Source: Dipteris shenzhenensis (Eukaryota). From it: a stretch of 64,000 bases of DNA. The stretch lies in NCBI GenBank assembly GCA_047967505.1, contig CM106538.1, one strand, 5' to 3'. Each line of letters opens with the position of its first letter. Within the stretch, counting starts at the first letter, position 1. Below, one piece after another: positions 1-10,689 of the stretch. Made by a program: the position numbers and the translations under genes. The notes under the pieces were generated by a model. It searched no databases. It was not told the origin of the DNA and was given only the letters and a program-made list of their open reading frames with translations.

Positions 1-166
1 CATTTAGCCTTCATACACTAGCTTGAGAAATATAAGGTAATCTTTTTCACCTTTGACACTCAACTTCGAATAGGGCATTTAAAAATTTAGCCTTCATACA
101 CTAGCTTTGAGAAATATTCAATAAAGAAAGGTAACCTTTATCACCTTTAACACTCAACTTTGAATA
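1..166. repeat. Degenerate tandem duplication (~80-90 bp unit)
   Basis: The block ATTTAGCCTTCATACACTAGCTT..GAGAAATA..AAGGTAA..CACCTTT.ACACTCAACTT.GAATAG occurs at 1-72 and again at ~86-166. Confidence 0.85.
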
Positions 167-900
167 GCTAACTTCTTACCTACCTAAACGAGGTACTTGT
201 GTTGAAACATACACTTTCTAGACATTAGAGTAGAAGGTGGTTGAAATGGGTTTTTATAGGAGTGACACATCCTCTTACTGCTTGATTCGCTTATTAGAGT
301 AAATCAACAGGGTTTTTGGCATGTTTTGCAAGAGTCTTGATTATATAGAACAATTAACTATACACCTAGACTCGAAGCATATGATAATAACAAGGGTATG
401 GAGCTCTGAGATTGATGGAGTACTTAAGGAAACATGCCATTATATTGGCATCCGAAGAGGCAAGTATCATGTAAAATTAGATGCTAATCAAGGCAATGGT
501 TAGGAGACTCGCAACTTATATAGGTAGAATATTGGAGATCTAGAATGGTAAAAGTAAACCAATGCATCATATTTCTCATATGAGAAAGTATTTGATGGTC
601 TTTAACTTAAAGGAAGCATGAGTGGTCTAGTATGTTCCCCCATACATTGATATACAAGAAAATAACCTTCTTGGAAAGAAGACAACACAAACTCACAAAA
701 TAGAGTGCCTAGGAATAATCAAAATTTTGAATATCTAGGCTTGTAGAGGGTTCCAATGATGCATAGTGACACAAGGTTAGTTGAAATGGCTTGGAATGTG
801 TTATTTCTTGGGCCTTGGTTGTTGCCATTTGTTAAAATATAAGATACAACGTCATGCACACACACACACACACATATATATATATAGATTCTCTCTCTAC

Positions 901-1210
901 ATAGCCTTGAGTGCTTCAAGGCCAAACTAATTTCTATGTGGTACTACTCTATGAGCCTCAGCCTTAGCCTTTGAGTGCTTGAAGCCAAACTAATTTCTAT
1001 GTGGTACTCTATGAGCCTTCAAGAGATTGTCAATGGTCATGGTGCTCCATCTTGAGAAGAGCACCTTCCATAAACTAGAATCCATTGGGGGGCGCCCCAT
1101 TTTGAGAAGACCAACTTCCATGATCCATTGTGAACTAATTCTTAAGTGGTACTCTATGAGATTTGAGAAATTGTCATTGTGCCCATCTTGAGAAGAACAA
1201 CTTCCATACA
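901..1210. repeat. Degenerate local tandem repeats
   Basis: AGCCTT(T)GAGTGCTT..AGCCAAACTAATTTCTATGTGGTACT(ACT)CTATGAGCCT at 902-958 and 966-1018; partial third copy plus CCATCTTGAGAAGA..ACTTCCAT at ~1133-1210 (also ~1047-1070, ~1097-1121). Confidence 0.75.
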
Positions 1211-1380
1211 TGTCACTTGCGAAGTTCTGGTGTGCACACATGGAGGGGAAAATCCATGGGGTGGTGGGAAATGAGAGGCGAATCGCGATGCACGTTGGAG
1301 ATCATGGCAGGCGTGGGAAGAGGGAGAGAGCAAACGTGTAAGAGGGCCGTTAGAAAGAACGGCGTTGTGCTAGTTGGAAC

Positions 1381-1562
1381 TGCCACGTGGCAAATTTAAT
1401 AGATATACTTGTCACGAGGGGGCGTCCGGCGGGCGCCGGCCGAAATGCGCGCCGGGAGGCCGACGTGGAGCAAGGCGGGGCTGACGTGGACGGAGGGGGG
1501 AAGGGTTGGGGAGGACCGAGAGGCTGACGTGGACGGCTGGATGTATGATTGAGATGACGTGG
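1381..1562. promoter_or_regulatory. GC-rich upstream island with clustered G-box/ABRE-like ACGT elements
   Basis: Perfect palindrome TGCCACGTGGCA (1381-1392) and GACGTGG at 1462, 1483, 1526 and 1556; CpG-rich in an otherwise CpG-poor window; 1.3-1.5 kb upstream of the kinase ATG. Confidence 0.55.
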
Positions 1563-2870
1563 AGAGGGAGGTGGCAACAGTCGCTTTAACGGGACGGGCG
1601 AGAGTCACATGGAGAGCGGCGTGTAAAGGGGGGGGAAGTAAATATACGCCGACTGGACAGAAAGCAAAGGGCGCTCTGTAAAAAGCCCACTTCTGCGTTT
1701 GGAACTTTGTTGGCTTGTTTTAAAGACACATACAAAACACCCACAACAGGACGATACTCTTCTGCTGATCACACTGTTGTACTCACTACTCTCTCTGTAG
1801 TAAATGTAGGAGTGAGCTCAGTCAGTCAGTGGCAGTCAGCTACTAAAGACCTTTGGACCTTTACAGCTCCATCTTCACTTCTATCTTCTCCTACTCTTCT
1901 CCTTCTTCCTCTTCCTTCTTCTTTGTCGTCTTTCTTTTTCCTACCTCCTCTCCATGCTTCTTATCTTATCACTTCATCTCACTCTGCAATTCTCTCTCTG
2001 CCTCTGCTTGCACCTTTAGCTTCCTTCTTCTTCTACATCTTCAGTGGCAAGTTCTGCCTTCATTTCCCACACTGGCAAGCTCCTCTGTCTGCTTCTCAGT
2101 GTCACTCAGCTAGCTCTTTCCCCTCCATCCCCTGCTTTGGTCTTTGCTTCTCTCTTCTCTTTCTTCCTTAGCTCCCTAGACTAGCTTAGCTAGCTTCCAT
2201 GGCCTTTCCAGTTGCTTAGCTTCTCCTCTCCTTCGCTGCCCTGGCCCCTGCCTCTTTAGAGCTCGCTCAGTACACTGGTTGATTCTTTCAGCTCAGCCAG
2301 GCAGCTCAGTAAAGCTGAGCTCTTGCTGAGCTTTTTTGGCCTGCTTTTTCAGCTCGCATCTTCCACTCCCCCCCCCCCAAAAACCTTCATAGCCCTGCCT
2401 GCCCTCCTCTGCATCCCCCCCCGCCTCTCCCCCTGTACTTTCCCCCTTTGCTAACCTCCCTTTTGGCCGCATTGCTTCAGTATACGGCCCGCTCTTCCTC
2501 GCTTTTCAGCAAGCGTGAATGCAGCATCGATGATCGCTTCCTCTCCTCTGCTTTCTTGCTGCTGTTGCACCCGTTGGGTTCGGAGCTTCCTTTCGACTGC
2601 TCTTCTTCTGCCGCTTGTAGAGAGGTACCTGCATTGTTGACTGCTCAGCTGCCGGGCGTTTCGTTTTTCCGCTCCTCCCTTCAGGGTTCGACTCATCCAT
2701 AAGAATCTATCCGCGAAGAAAGGCCAGAGTAGCTGGTTTCCTGTGCCACCGTTGTTTGCCGAGCTATCTTTGCTGTTTGCTTCAACGACCCGGATATATC
2801 ACGGGACTACCGTCAGTAGCTCGGCAACAAGATCGATTACAAGGCTGGGAAGTGGATAGGTTACAGGCAA

Positions 2871-4402
2871 ATGGGGCTCCGAAATCCAAGACAGGGAACG
2901 CTCATTTTGGTAGCTACACTGTTTTTTTGCTTCGGACTGTACACTTCGAGTTCGTTGCAGTTTAATGACGATGTGCTCGGTCTCATAGTCTTCAAGGCGG
3001 ATTTGGTCGACCCAACGAATGCATTGCGCTCATGGAGCGAAGATGACAACAGCCCTTGCAATTGGACAGGTATAGGCTGTGATGCGCAGAATGGGAGAGT
3101 TACCATAGTTCAACTCGACGGATTGTCTCTTTCAGGGCGCATTGGAAGAGGCTTAGGGAAGCTGGTGTACCTGCGTTCCCTATCCCTCGCCAAAAATAAC
3201 CTTTCAGGCACCATAGATGCAGAGCTAGCTCAGCTGATAGGTCTGAGAAATGTGGATTTCAGCCATAACATGCTATCAGGCCCCATAAATCCTGCGTTTG
3301 GCAACTTGACTTCCCTCAGATCTTTAGATTTCTCTAGCAATTTTCTCTCGGGTGACATCCCTGCCCAGCTTTTTTCCAATTGCAGAAGCTTGCGTGATAT
3401 ATCTCTTGCAAGAAACTCCTTGCAGGGAGCCATCCCGGAGTCTCTGGTTTCGTGCTCGGGCCTGACGAGTCTTAACCTCTCTGAGAACTATTTCGACGGT
3501 GCAATGCCTGTCAAAATGGAAGCTCTCACGGGACTTTCTGTGTTGGATGTATCTTACAACTTACTTTCTGGCACCTTGCCTCCAACTCTTCCGTCGATGT
3601 TGAGCTTGATGGATGTAAGATTTCAGAGCAACAGATTCTCGGGAATGATCCCTGATCAGATTGGTAACTGCATTTGGCTACAGAACCTTGATCTTAGCAA
3701 TAATTTCCTTTCGGGTGGACTGCCTGAATCCATGCAAAGACTGAAGTCACTCTCTACTCTCAACGTTCGAAACAATTTCCTGTATGGCAGCATTCTTCCT
3801 TGGATTGGTGACTTGATTTCGTTAAAGACTCTAATCTTTTCACATAACCTACTCTATGGGCAGATACCTTCAACCATGGGCCTCCTGAAAATGCTTCAGA
3901 GTGTTGATTTCTCAAACAACAGGTTATCAGGACAGATTTCTAGGAGTTTTTCCGCTTGTACACAGCTGCAGAGTCTTGATCTGAGCGAAAATAACTTAAG
4001 CGGTACTATTCCTGAGGGGTTACTCGTTCCTGCCTTGCTCTCTTTGCGACTGTCGAATAACCAGCTTAGTGGCTCACTTCCTAGCGCATTTTACAGTCAA
4101 TGTGGGTCTCTTCAGGTTCTTGATTTATCAAGTAACCAGTTTCAGGGAGCTGTTCCATCAATTGGTACCTGTCTCAAGGTGGAGTATTTCAACATATCCT
4201 CTAATTCTTTCTCTGGAAACATTCCCACTTTCCGCGAAGCCGGCTCCATTATAGTGCTTGACATGAGCCACAATCAGCTAGTTGGGAGCATTCCTACTAG
4301 CCTGGGAGGCGCTATCGAGCTTTTGTTTCTGCTTCTCGATGGAAATAAACTCACTGGATCGATACCAGCTGACCTGGGGAATTGTTCTTACCTAACCAAC
4401 TT
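2871..4402 (+). CDS. IRK-like: LRR receptor-like kinase, IRK/PXC2-like (LRR-VII), exon 1: signal peptide, LRRNT cap, LRRs
   Basis: Hydrophobic signal peptide; FNDDVLGLIVFKADL..W.EDD.SPCNW.GI.C cap typical of IRK/PXC2; many LxxLDLSxNxLSGxIP repeats; donor TT|GTAAGT at 4402/4403. Confidence 0.93.
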
Positions 4403-4821
4403 GTAAGTTCCTTTCAACCTCTACGTTCACTTTCATTACAGAATAGAAGTTTTCGTGTTCTAGATCTCTGTTATTCTGCTTTCTTCTGTTTCATGTTTTC
4501 TGAGCATGTTTGAACCGTGTTCCTGCGAGCACTCTTCGTACATCTCGCATTCTAATGCAGTATAGCCTTGGTTCTTGTAATGGACGACGTTAAAGTAACT
4601 CGTAAATATTAGGTGCTGTGAAAGCATTGTTTGCAGGAAGTAAAATCCAAGGAACTTCATAGCCTTTGCTTTCTTCGGTTCACCTGTTGTCTTGCATTTA
4701 GTGGTGCTCCAAAAATATGACTAACGCGTTTAACAGTCTGAAGTACAGGCACCTCACGGTTTATTATGCCAGGCTTATTTTTCATATCTGATCGTCTAAG
4801 CTTGCAATTTACATTCTGCAG
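4403..4821 (+). other. Phase-2 spliceosomal intron of the LRR-RLK (419 bp)
   Basis: GTAAGT donor at 4403, TTCTGCAG acceptor ending 4821; splicing gives TT+A = Leu and a continuous LRR (GNCSYLTNL-NLSRNKLHGSIP). Confidence 0.9.
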
Positions 4822-6277
4822 AAACTTATCTCGAAACAAGTTACACGGAAGCATTCCTCCAGAGATGGGCAACTTGACGAATCTTCAGGTATTCGATCTG
4901 TCCTACAACAATATATCTGGCGCTATACCCCCAGAGCTGGGTCAGCTTTTAAAGCTTGCAGTATTCAACGTATCGTACAACCAGTTGGAGGGGCCAATCC
5001 CTGGTAATGGCATCTTTGAGAAAGTAAATCAGTCGGCTTTTGTTGGTAACAGTCAACTTTGTGGTGCTGATGTCAATGTCACCTGCCCAAGCACCATGCC
5101 CAAACCTATAGTTCTTCAACCAAACTCTAGCGATGCAAGTCCAGCCGATCAAAACCCATTGGCTATGAGCAAACACAGGCGCATTGTATTGAGTGCCTCA
5201 GCCATTCTAGCAATATCTGCAGCAGCTGTTATATCAGCGGGTGTTGCGATCGTGTTTATCTTAAATGTTTATGCCCAGTCTCTTCCACGGTCGAATTCCC
5301 ACATTCTGGACAGCCTTTCCCAATCTCCAAGCTCAGACTTGCCCATCGGGAAGCTCGTGATGTTCACAAAGAATTCAGATCCAAGGTCAGAGGAATGGGT
5401 GACCAGTGCACATGCCTTGCTAAACAAAGATAGTGAGCTGGGCAGGGGAGGGTTTGGCACTGTTTATAAAGCGGTCCTGGCAGATGGTCGTACAGTAGCT
5501 ATTAAGAAGCTGATGGTCTCCAGCTTAGTGAAATCACAAGAGGATTTCGAGAAGGAAATTCAACTTCTCGGGAAGATAAAGCACCGGAATCTGTTGGGTC
5601 TGCAAGGTTATTATTGGACTCCCCAGCTGCAGCTACTGATCTATGACTTCATTCCCAATGGCAATCTATACAGTTGGCTGCATGAGAGACCTCAGGGAGA
5701 TGCCTCTCTTACCTGGGCGAACAGATTCAAGATAGCTTTGGGGACGGCTCGTGGTTTGGCCCATCTTCACCATTCTTGCAATCCTCAAGTGATACATTAC
5801 AATATGAAATCCAGCAATGTATTACTGGATGAAAACTGCAATCCCAAAATTGCGGACTATGGCCTTGCTAAGCTGCTGCCTATGCTAGATAGGTACCTGA
5901 TGAGCAGCAAGTTTCAGAGTGCATTAGGATATATGGCACCTGAATTCGCCTGTCAGAGCCTAAAGATAAATGAAAAATGCGACGTCTATGGATTTGGAGT
6001 GATGCTACTTGAGCTTGTGACAGGGCGACGGCCAGTGGAGTACATGGAGGATGATGTGGTGATTCTTTGTGACTATGTCCGATCTTTACTTGATGAAGGG
6101 AAAGCCATGAATTGTGTGGATTCAATCTTGCAGGATTATGCCGAAGATGTGCTCCCCGTTATCAAACTGGGTTTGATATGTACCTCTCAAGTGCCTTCCA
6201 ATAGGCCCTCTATGGCAGAGGTGGTCCAAATTCTTGAACTCATCAAGACTCCAGGCAACAGCAGAGATTTGCTTTAA
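4822..6277 (+). CDS. IRK-like: LRR receptor-like kinase, IRK/PXC2-like, exon 2: last LRRs, transmembrane helix, atypical kinase domain (spliced product 995 aa)
   Basis: GNxxLCG cap, TM helix LSASAILAISAAAVISAGVAIVFILNV, GRGGFGTVYK, VAIKKL, HYNMKSSNVLLD, DYGLAKLLPMLDRY, SALGYMAPEFAC, CTSQVPSNRP - motifs I recognise from Arabidopsis IRK/PXC2. 1532+1456 = 2988 nt, stop TAA 6275-6277. Confidence 0.93.
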
Positions 6278-6306
6278 CAACGATTTGGAAGATGCCTCCC
6301 TCACCG

Positions 6307-6398
6307 TTGTCTCTGCTGCTATTGCAGCTATAGATGCCAACAATAGATGTCAACAACATTGTCTCTGCTGTTATTGCAGCTATAGATGTCAACAATAA
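6307..6398. repeat. ~52-bp tandem duplication in the probable 3' UTR
   Basis: TTGTCTCTGCTG(C/T)TATTGCAGCTATAGATG(C/T)CAACAATA at 6307 and 6359. Confidence 0.9.
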
Positions 6399-7938
6399 AT
6401 CACACAAGGTCTGTTTCCGCTATGTTTGAATGACCGCTCAAAGCCTCAAAGCAAACAACCGAGTTTGTGACGTTTAATTTCACAGGAAATAGAGCTTTAA
6501 GAGAACGACTTCGCCTGCGTACTATGTTCGCACAATTTGAGGCCGAAATATGTCGGCAGAATAAATCCAAATGGATACTTTGACAGTTTGAGCTCACTTT
6601 ACTTCCGGCCCCTGCGCACGCCGCAGGGTAAGGTAGGTTCAGCCCTTCAAAGTATGACCACTTTTTCTTAGCTTGATGGCTTTGTCCTGATATAGTCAGA
6701 ATCCAGCACTTGGAATTTGCAAGGATGTTAGGAACTCATATGGCTAAGTGGAAAATAATCGTAGTACACTTGGAGCTCTCCACGATGTAAAAATTTATAA
6801 TTTCATCTTTGCGCATCTTACACTACTTTTATTGCCAACACCGAGGCATGCCCTTCGGATTATTTCGACGGTAGGGTGCTTGCAGCCCTCACAGCTGAAG
6901 CTTCCTGAGTGTATCTTGAGCTTTCTCTTCGCTCATTCTCGTCTAGCCTTCTAAACTGTACGGCCATTTCCGAGGTGCAGATAATTGCAAACCCTTTAAA
7001 TATGAACTGAAGGTCCTATGTACGATGATAGATTCAATCGAAATTTATTTTGGGAAACTCGATTTAATCGTGAAACGAGCAGCATGACCCGTCTACGATA
7101 GGTAAGAGACTCGCTTTGTTGAGCTTTGTCGTTGGAACTGACGAAGACATACTCCTGGTATGATGTATGATGCAAAACGCTTTTACACTATCTCCCACCC
7201 AAGCCCATTGGACTCGAATTACTATTTCTAGAGTAATAGGGGATATCTCAGTGACCTTGGGAAATTGCTTGGTCGTAAGATAGCTTCATCTCGACTTTCA
7301 GCTCTCCAAAATGACGTAATAGGAAATAAGTGTGATGAACAAAGTGTGGAGGTTTTCTCTTGATAGAAATAATTATTTAATGGGTGATGTATCATCTACC
7401 TTGGCCAGTTATTTAGCTCTACATCATATTGACCTAGCGTCTAAAGTAACATCCCATCTTAGCTCAACATGTTGAATAGTCTAGCATGAGTTTCCTTGTC
7501 AACCAACACATTTATGGGAAATGCCACAAATTTGAGAGATAGGACGGCTTTACAATACTTAATGATCTTAGCTTCAATAGAATCACCGATAGTCTTCGAG
7601 TTCTCTATGAATTTCCAAACCTCAAATGATTCTATCCTTTGCTCTTAGGCCATTGTAGAGAAGTAGAAAAAGTTTCTTCTACTTGCATTTGTTAATTACT
7701 TCTAGCACTGTCTCCCCTTTTTTAAATTTGATTATCTCCATTAGATTGATCTTTGAAGTTCCATACACTCTTATGATTCATTACAATGAAGCTTTTACTT
7801 GCCACTTAATGCCCATGAGACCTACACCCCCCTTATACTTGCATTAGTGCGTGCATTACATCTTGCTTCAAATTCAAGTGAATCTTTTTCTTTGCCCCTT
7901 AGAGAATCAATAATCTAGCTACTCCCCAGCTCTTATTA

Positions 7939-7941
<3 letters not shown>

Positions 7942-8003
<62 letters not shown>
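7942..8003. repeat. Compound (AT)n(AG)n microsatellite
   Basis: Directly visible dinucleotide runs. Confidence 0.95.
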
Positions 8004-8006
<3 letters not shown>

Positions 8007-8921
8007 AATTCTCACTCTCGACCTACTTGTTGGCACCAAACAATCTATCCTCCTCTGTGTCTAAATTGTCCATATGTCGCGTTGCAGTCATTGCATGTCA
8101 TTTTGCAATTTCCATGTAGTTCCATTTTGGGGAAACTGGATTTACTTGTGAAATGATGCACGACTGATGGCTCTTGTAAATTTCGTGAGTGGCTTGCTGA
8201 GTAGTGAGTCGTGACCTTACAATGACTCTTCAGTTAAGGAGTTGTGAGCTAGAGCTTTTTGATTAATGAACTCCACTTGCAAACTAGCTACAGGGAACTA
8301 GGCTTAATAATCATAGCATGTATGTGTTTCAAAGCACTATTAAAAATGTTAGATGCTAAACATGTGAACTAATGACACAGCTTATATAAGTTGTATTTAT
8401 TACCTTTTTGGATGTCTTAAAGTTCCCAATTAGAGGAAACATGAAATGGAAAGAAATTTGCAAGAGAAAAAAGTTTACCATTTCACAAAATAATATGTGC
8501 CCAATTAATTAAGTGGAAAATCCAATTAATTAGTCCAAGTACAAGATTAACCTAAGGTGAACGTCAAGCAAAATTACCATAAGATATCCTAAGTAATGTT
8601 AATTAACATTTGTCCTTGAAGGCACGAGGAGAATTGAATGCAAAGTATGTTCCCCCTACATTGAAAAATATGAAATTCCTATTAATTAGTTGTGGAGAAA
8701 AGAAGAGGGGTGAAAAGGAAGAGGGCAAGGCCATGATTAAACTAAGGGATAAAGGGGGAGGGGAGGTGTTTCAATTGAAGAATAATGGAAGGTAGGGAGA
8801 GATTGGAGGGGGCAAAGGGACCAATTATGAAAGGGGACGTTAAAGAGAAAGGGACATGCAAAAGGGGGAGGGGGAGGAGGGTCCATTTATAATATTATAG
8901 TTATCTTTAGAGTAGTGATAC

Positions 8922-8992
8922 TACTCTATAGCTTAGTGGTAGAGCTCACGTGTGTGAAACACAAGATTATGGGTTCAAATCCCTTCTTGAAT
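8922..8992 (+). pseudogene. tRNA-like relic (tRNA pseudogene or tRNA-derived SINE head)
   Basis: A-box/D-arm TAGCTTAGTGGTAGAGC (8929-8945) and B-box/T-arm GGGTTCAAATCCC (8971-8983) at tRNA spacing; acceptor and anticodon stems do not pair cleanly. Confidence 0.55.
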
Positions 8993-10171
8993 TTCATCGA
9001 TAATGTGCACCCTTCTTAGACATAGGCTTAAAAGATTAACCTATGCATAAATTAAAATAATCCATGCACAAACATAGGTCCATGGACCTAAACAAATAGG
9101 AACAAGAGAGCACAAGTGCACATAACCACTAGACTGGCTTCTCTTTAATAGGAAGCTGTGATAATTCCTCATCTAGCTACTTTATTGGGAAATAGTTTAT
9201 GGTCTTTGTTCTTGAGTATTATCTGAGATTTACAACATCTATCGAATACAAAGTTGGCTCATGGCCACCACACTCCGTGCACTTTGCAAGATCTCAATTG
9301 GTGTCTTTGCATTAATTCCAATCCCTTTAACTACTATCACATGTAACTTAGTCACTAATCATGTTAGTTGTTAATAGTCTACTGAATAAATCACTAAGTA
9401 CAATAATCAAGTGTAAGACCAATAACACTAACCACATCAATATCAACATGAAATTACCAAGAATATTGACCATGCAGTATGGCAAATCATATCTTAGGTA
9501 GGTGCCTTCAACCACACCACACAGAGCATCCACTAGGATTTTTGTTGCATTTGACGTGTTCTTATGGTTAGACTTGACTAAGTAATGACATTTGCACTTT
9601 CCGATCCTTGTACTAGTTCTGTCGATTGTACTTCAGTCGATAATTACGTTAGTTAACGGTCAATTGAGCGAATCACAAAGCACAATAGTCAAGCACAATA
9701 ATCAAGCATAAGCCCAATAACACTAATAACATTAGACACCATTTGATGTGCTCTCATGGAATACTTTGCCATAGTTAGACTTGACTAAGTAATTCCGTTT
9801 TTAAGATTGGGAATTTAGGCACGGAATTTGAAGTCAGTTACAAATGTGCTTTGTTCCAATGCAACTATTGGTAATCAGTGTGTTTGTATGAATTTTGTTG
9901 GTTGAATTTGTATGTTATTATTAAAATGCCCCAATGCAAAAGTTGGGTAACTATATGGTCATAGGAACTGTGGGGTTTGGAAATGCTGGGAAAAACTCTT
10001 GGGCATCCATCATTCAAAAGTAATTGTTGGTAATCGGTGCATTTGTCTAGACATGGTGGATTTCAGGGGTGTAGATTATTCTGTGGTAAAAGGATGTTGC
10101 GATCATTTCAAGTTCAGGCACTTAAGCATGGAATTCTTAGGTGTTGTAAATAATGGTAGGCACGTTGGAAA

Positions 10172-10570
10172 TTAGTACACAATGTAAATAGGACTATGGT
10201 CAGTTTAGTATGCTTGAGTCGTTCAAGTGTAACTATTGGGTAATCAACGCGTTTGTCCAGATATGATCAATTTCATATCTATAGATTATTGTTGGGCCTT
10301 TGTTTACTAAGTGCAGATGCCATTGTTCCACCAAGTCCAGCGACTGTAAACGTTTTATGTGAGGATAAGGAAAGTCTATGTTTGTATAGGAGTGATGTAC
10401 CCATTCCTTGGAATGTTGTGATTATTGCAAATTTTTGTCTATTTATATATTTTGCTGGTTGTGCAGTTCTAGTTTCAGTGAGATAAAGTAAGTCAAATGC
10501 TTGGACATTATAACATGCATTTAAATCAGCTGCATGTGTGTTCTTCTTTTGGTATTATAGGCTATTGGAA
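10172..10570 (-). pseudogene. AP-type (EEP) endonuclease domain of the Helentron, internally deleted
   Basis: HAADLNACYNVQAFDLLYLTETR (DxxxLxET), then YEIDHIWTN and QAY*TDHSPIY (IDH and S/TDH motifs). Confidence 0.72.
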
Positions 10571-10689
10571 TTGAAAGGAAGTAGGTGTTTCTTTTTCTTT
10601 TTATTTCAAGCTTGAGGTAATGGAATGTCTATTGATTGCTTGTAGTTTTTGGCATATCGCATTAACCACGTTAGATGAATTTAATAAAT

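Noticed and set aside
1707-2171. 154-aa and overlapping ORFs upstream of the kinase
   Set aside because: Low-complexity Ser/Leu/Phe translations of CT-rich sequence with non-ATG starts and no domain.
4766-4821. ATG at 4766 as start of a separate kinase gene
   Set aside because: Lies in the intron; canonical splice sites join both ORFs into one continuous LRR protein.
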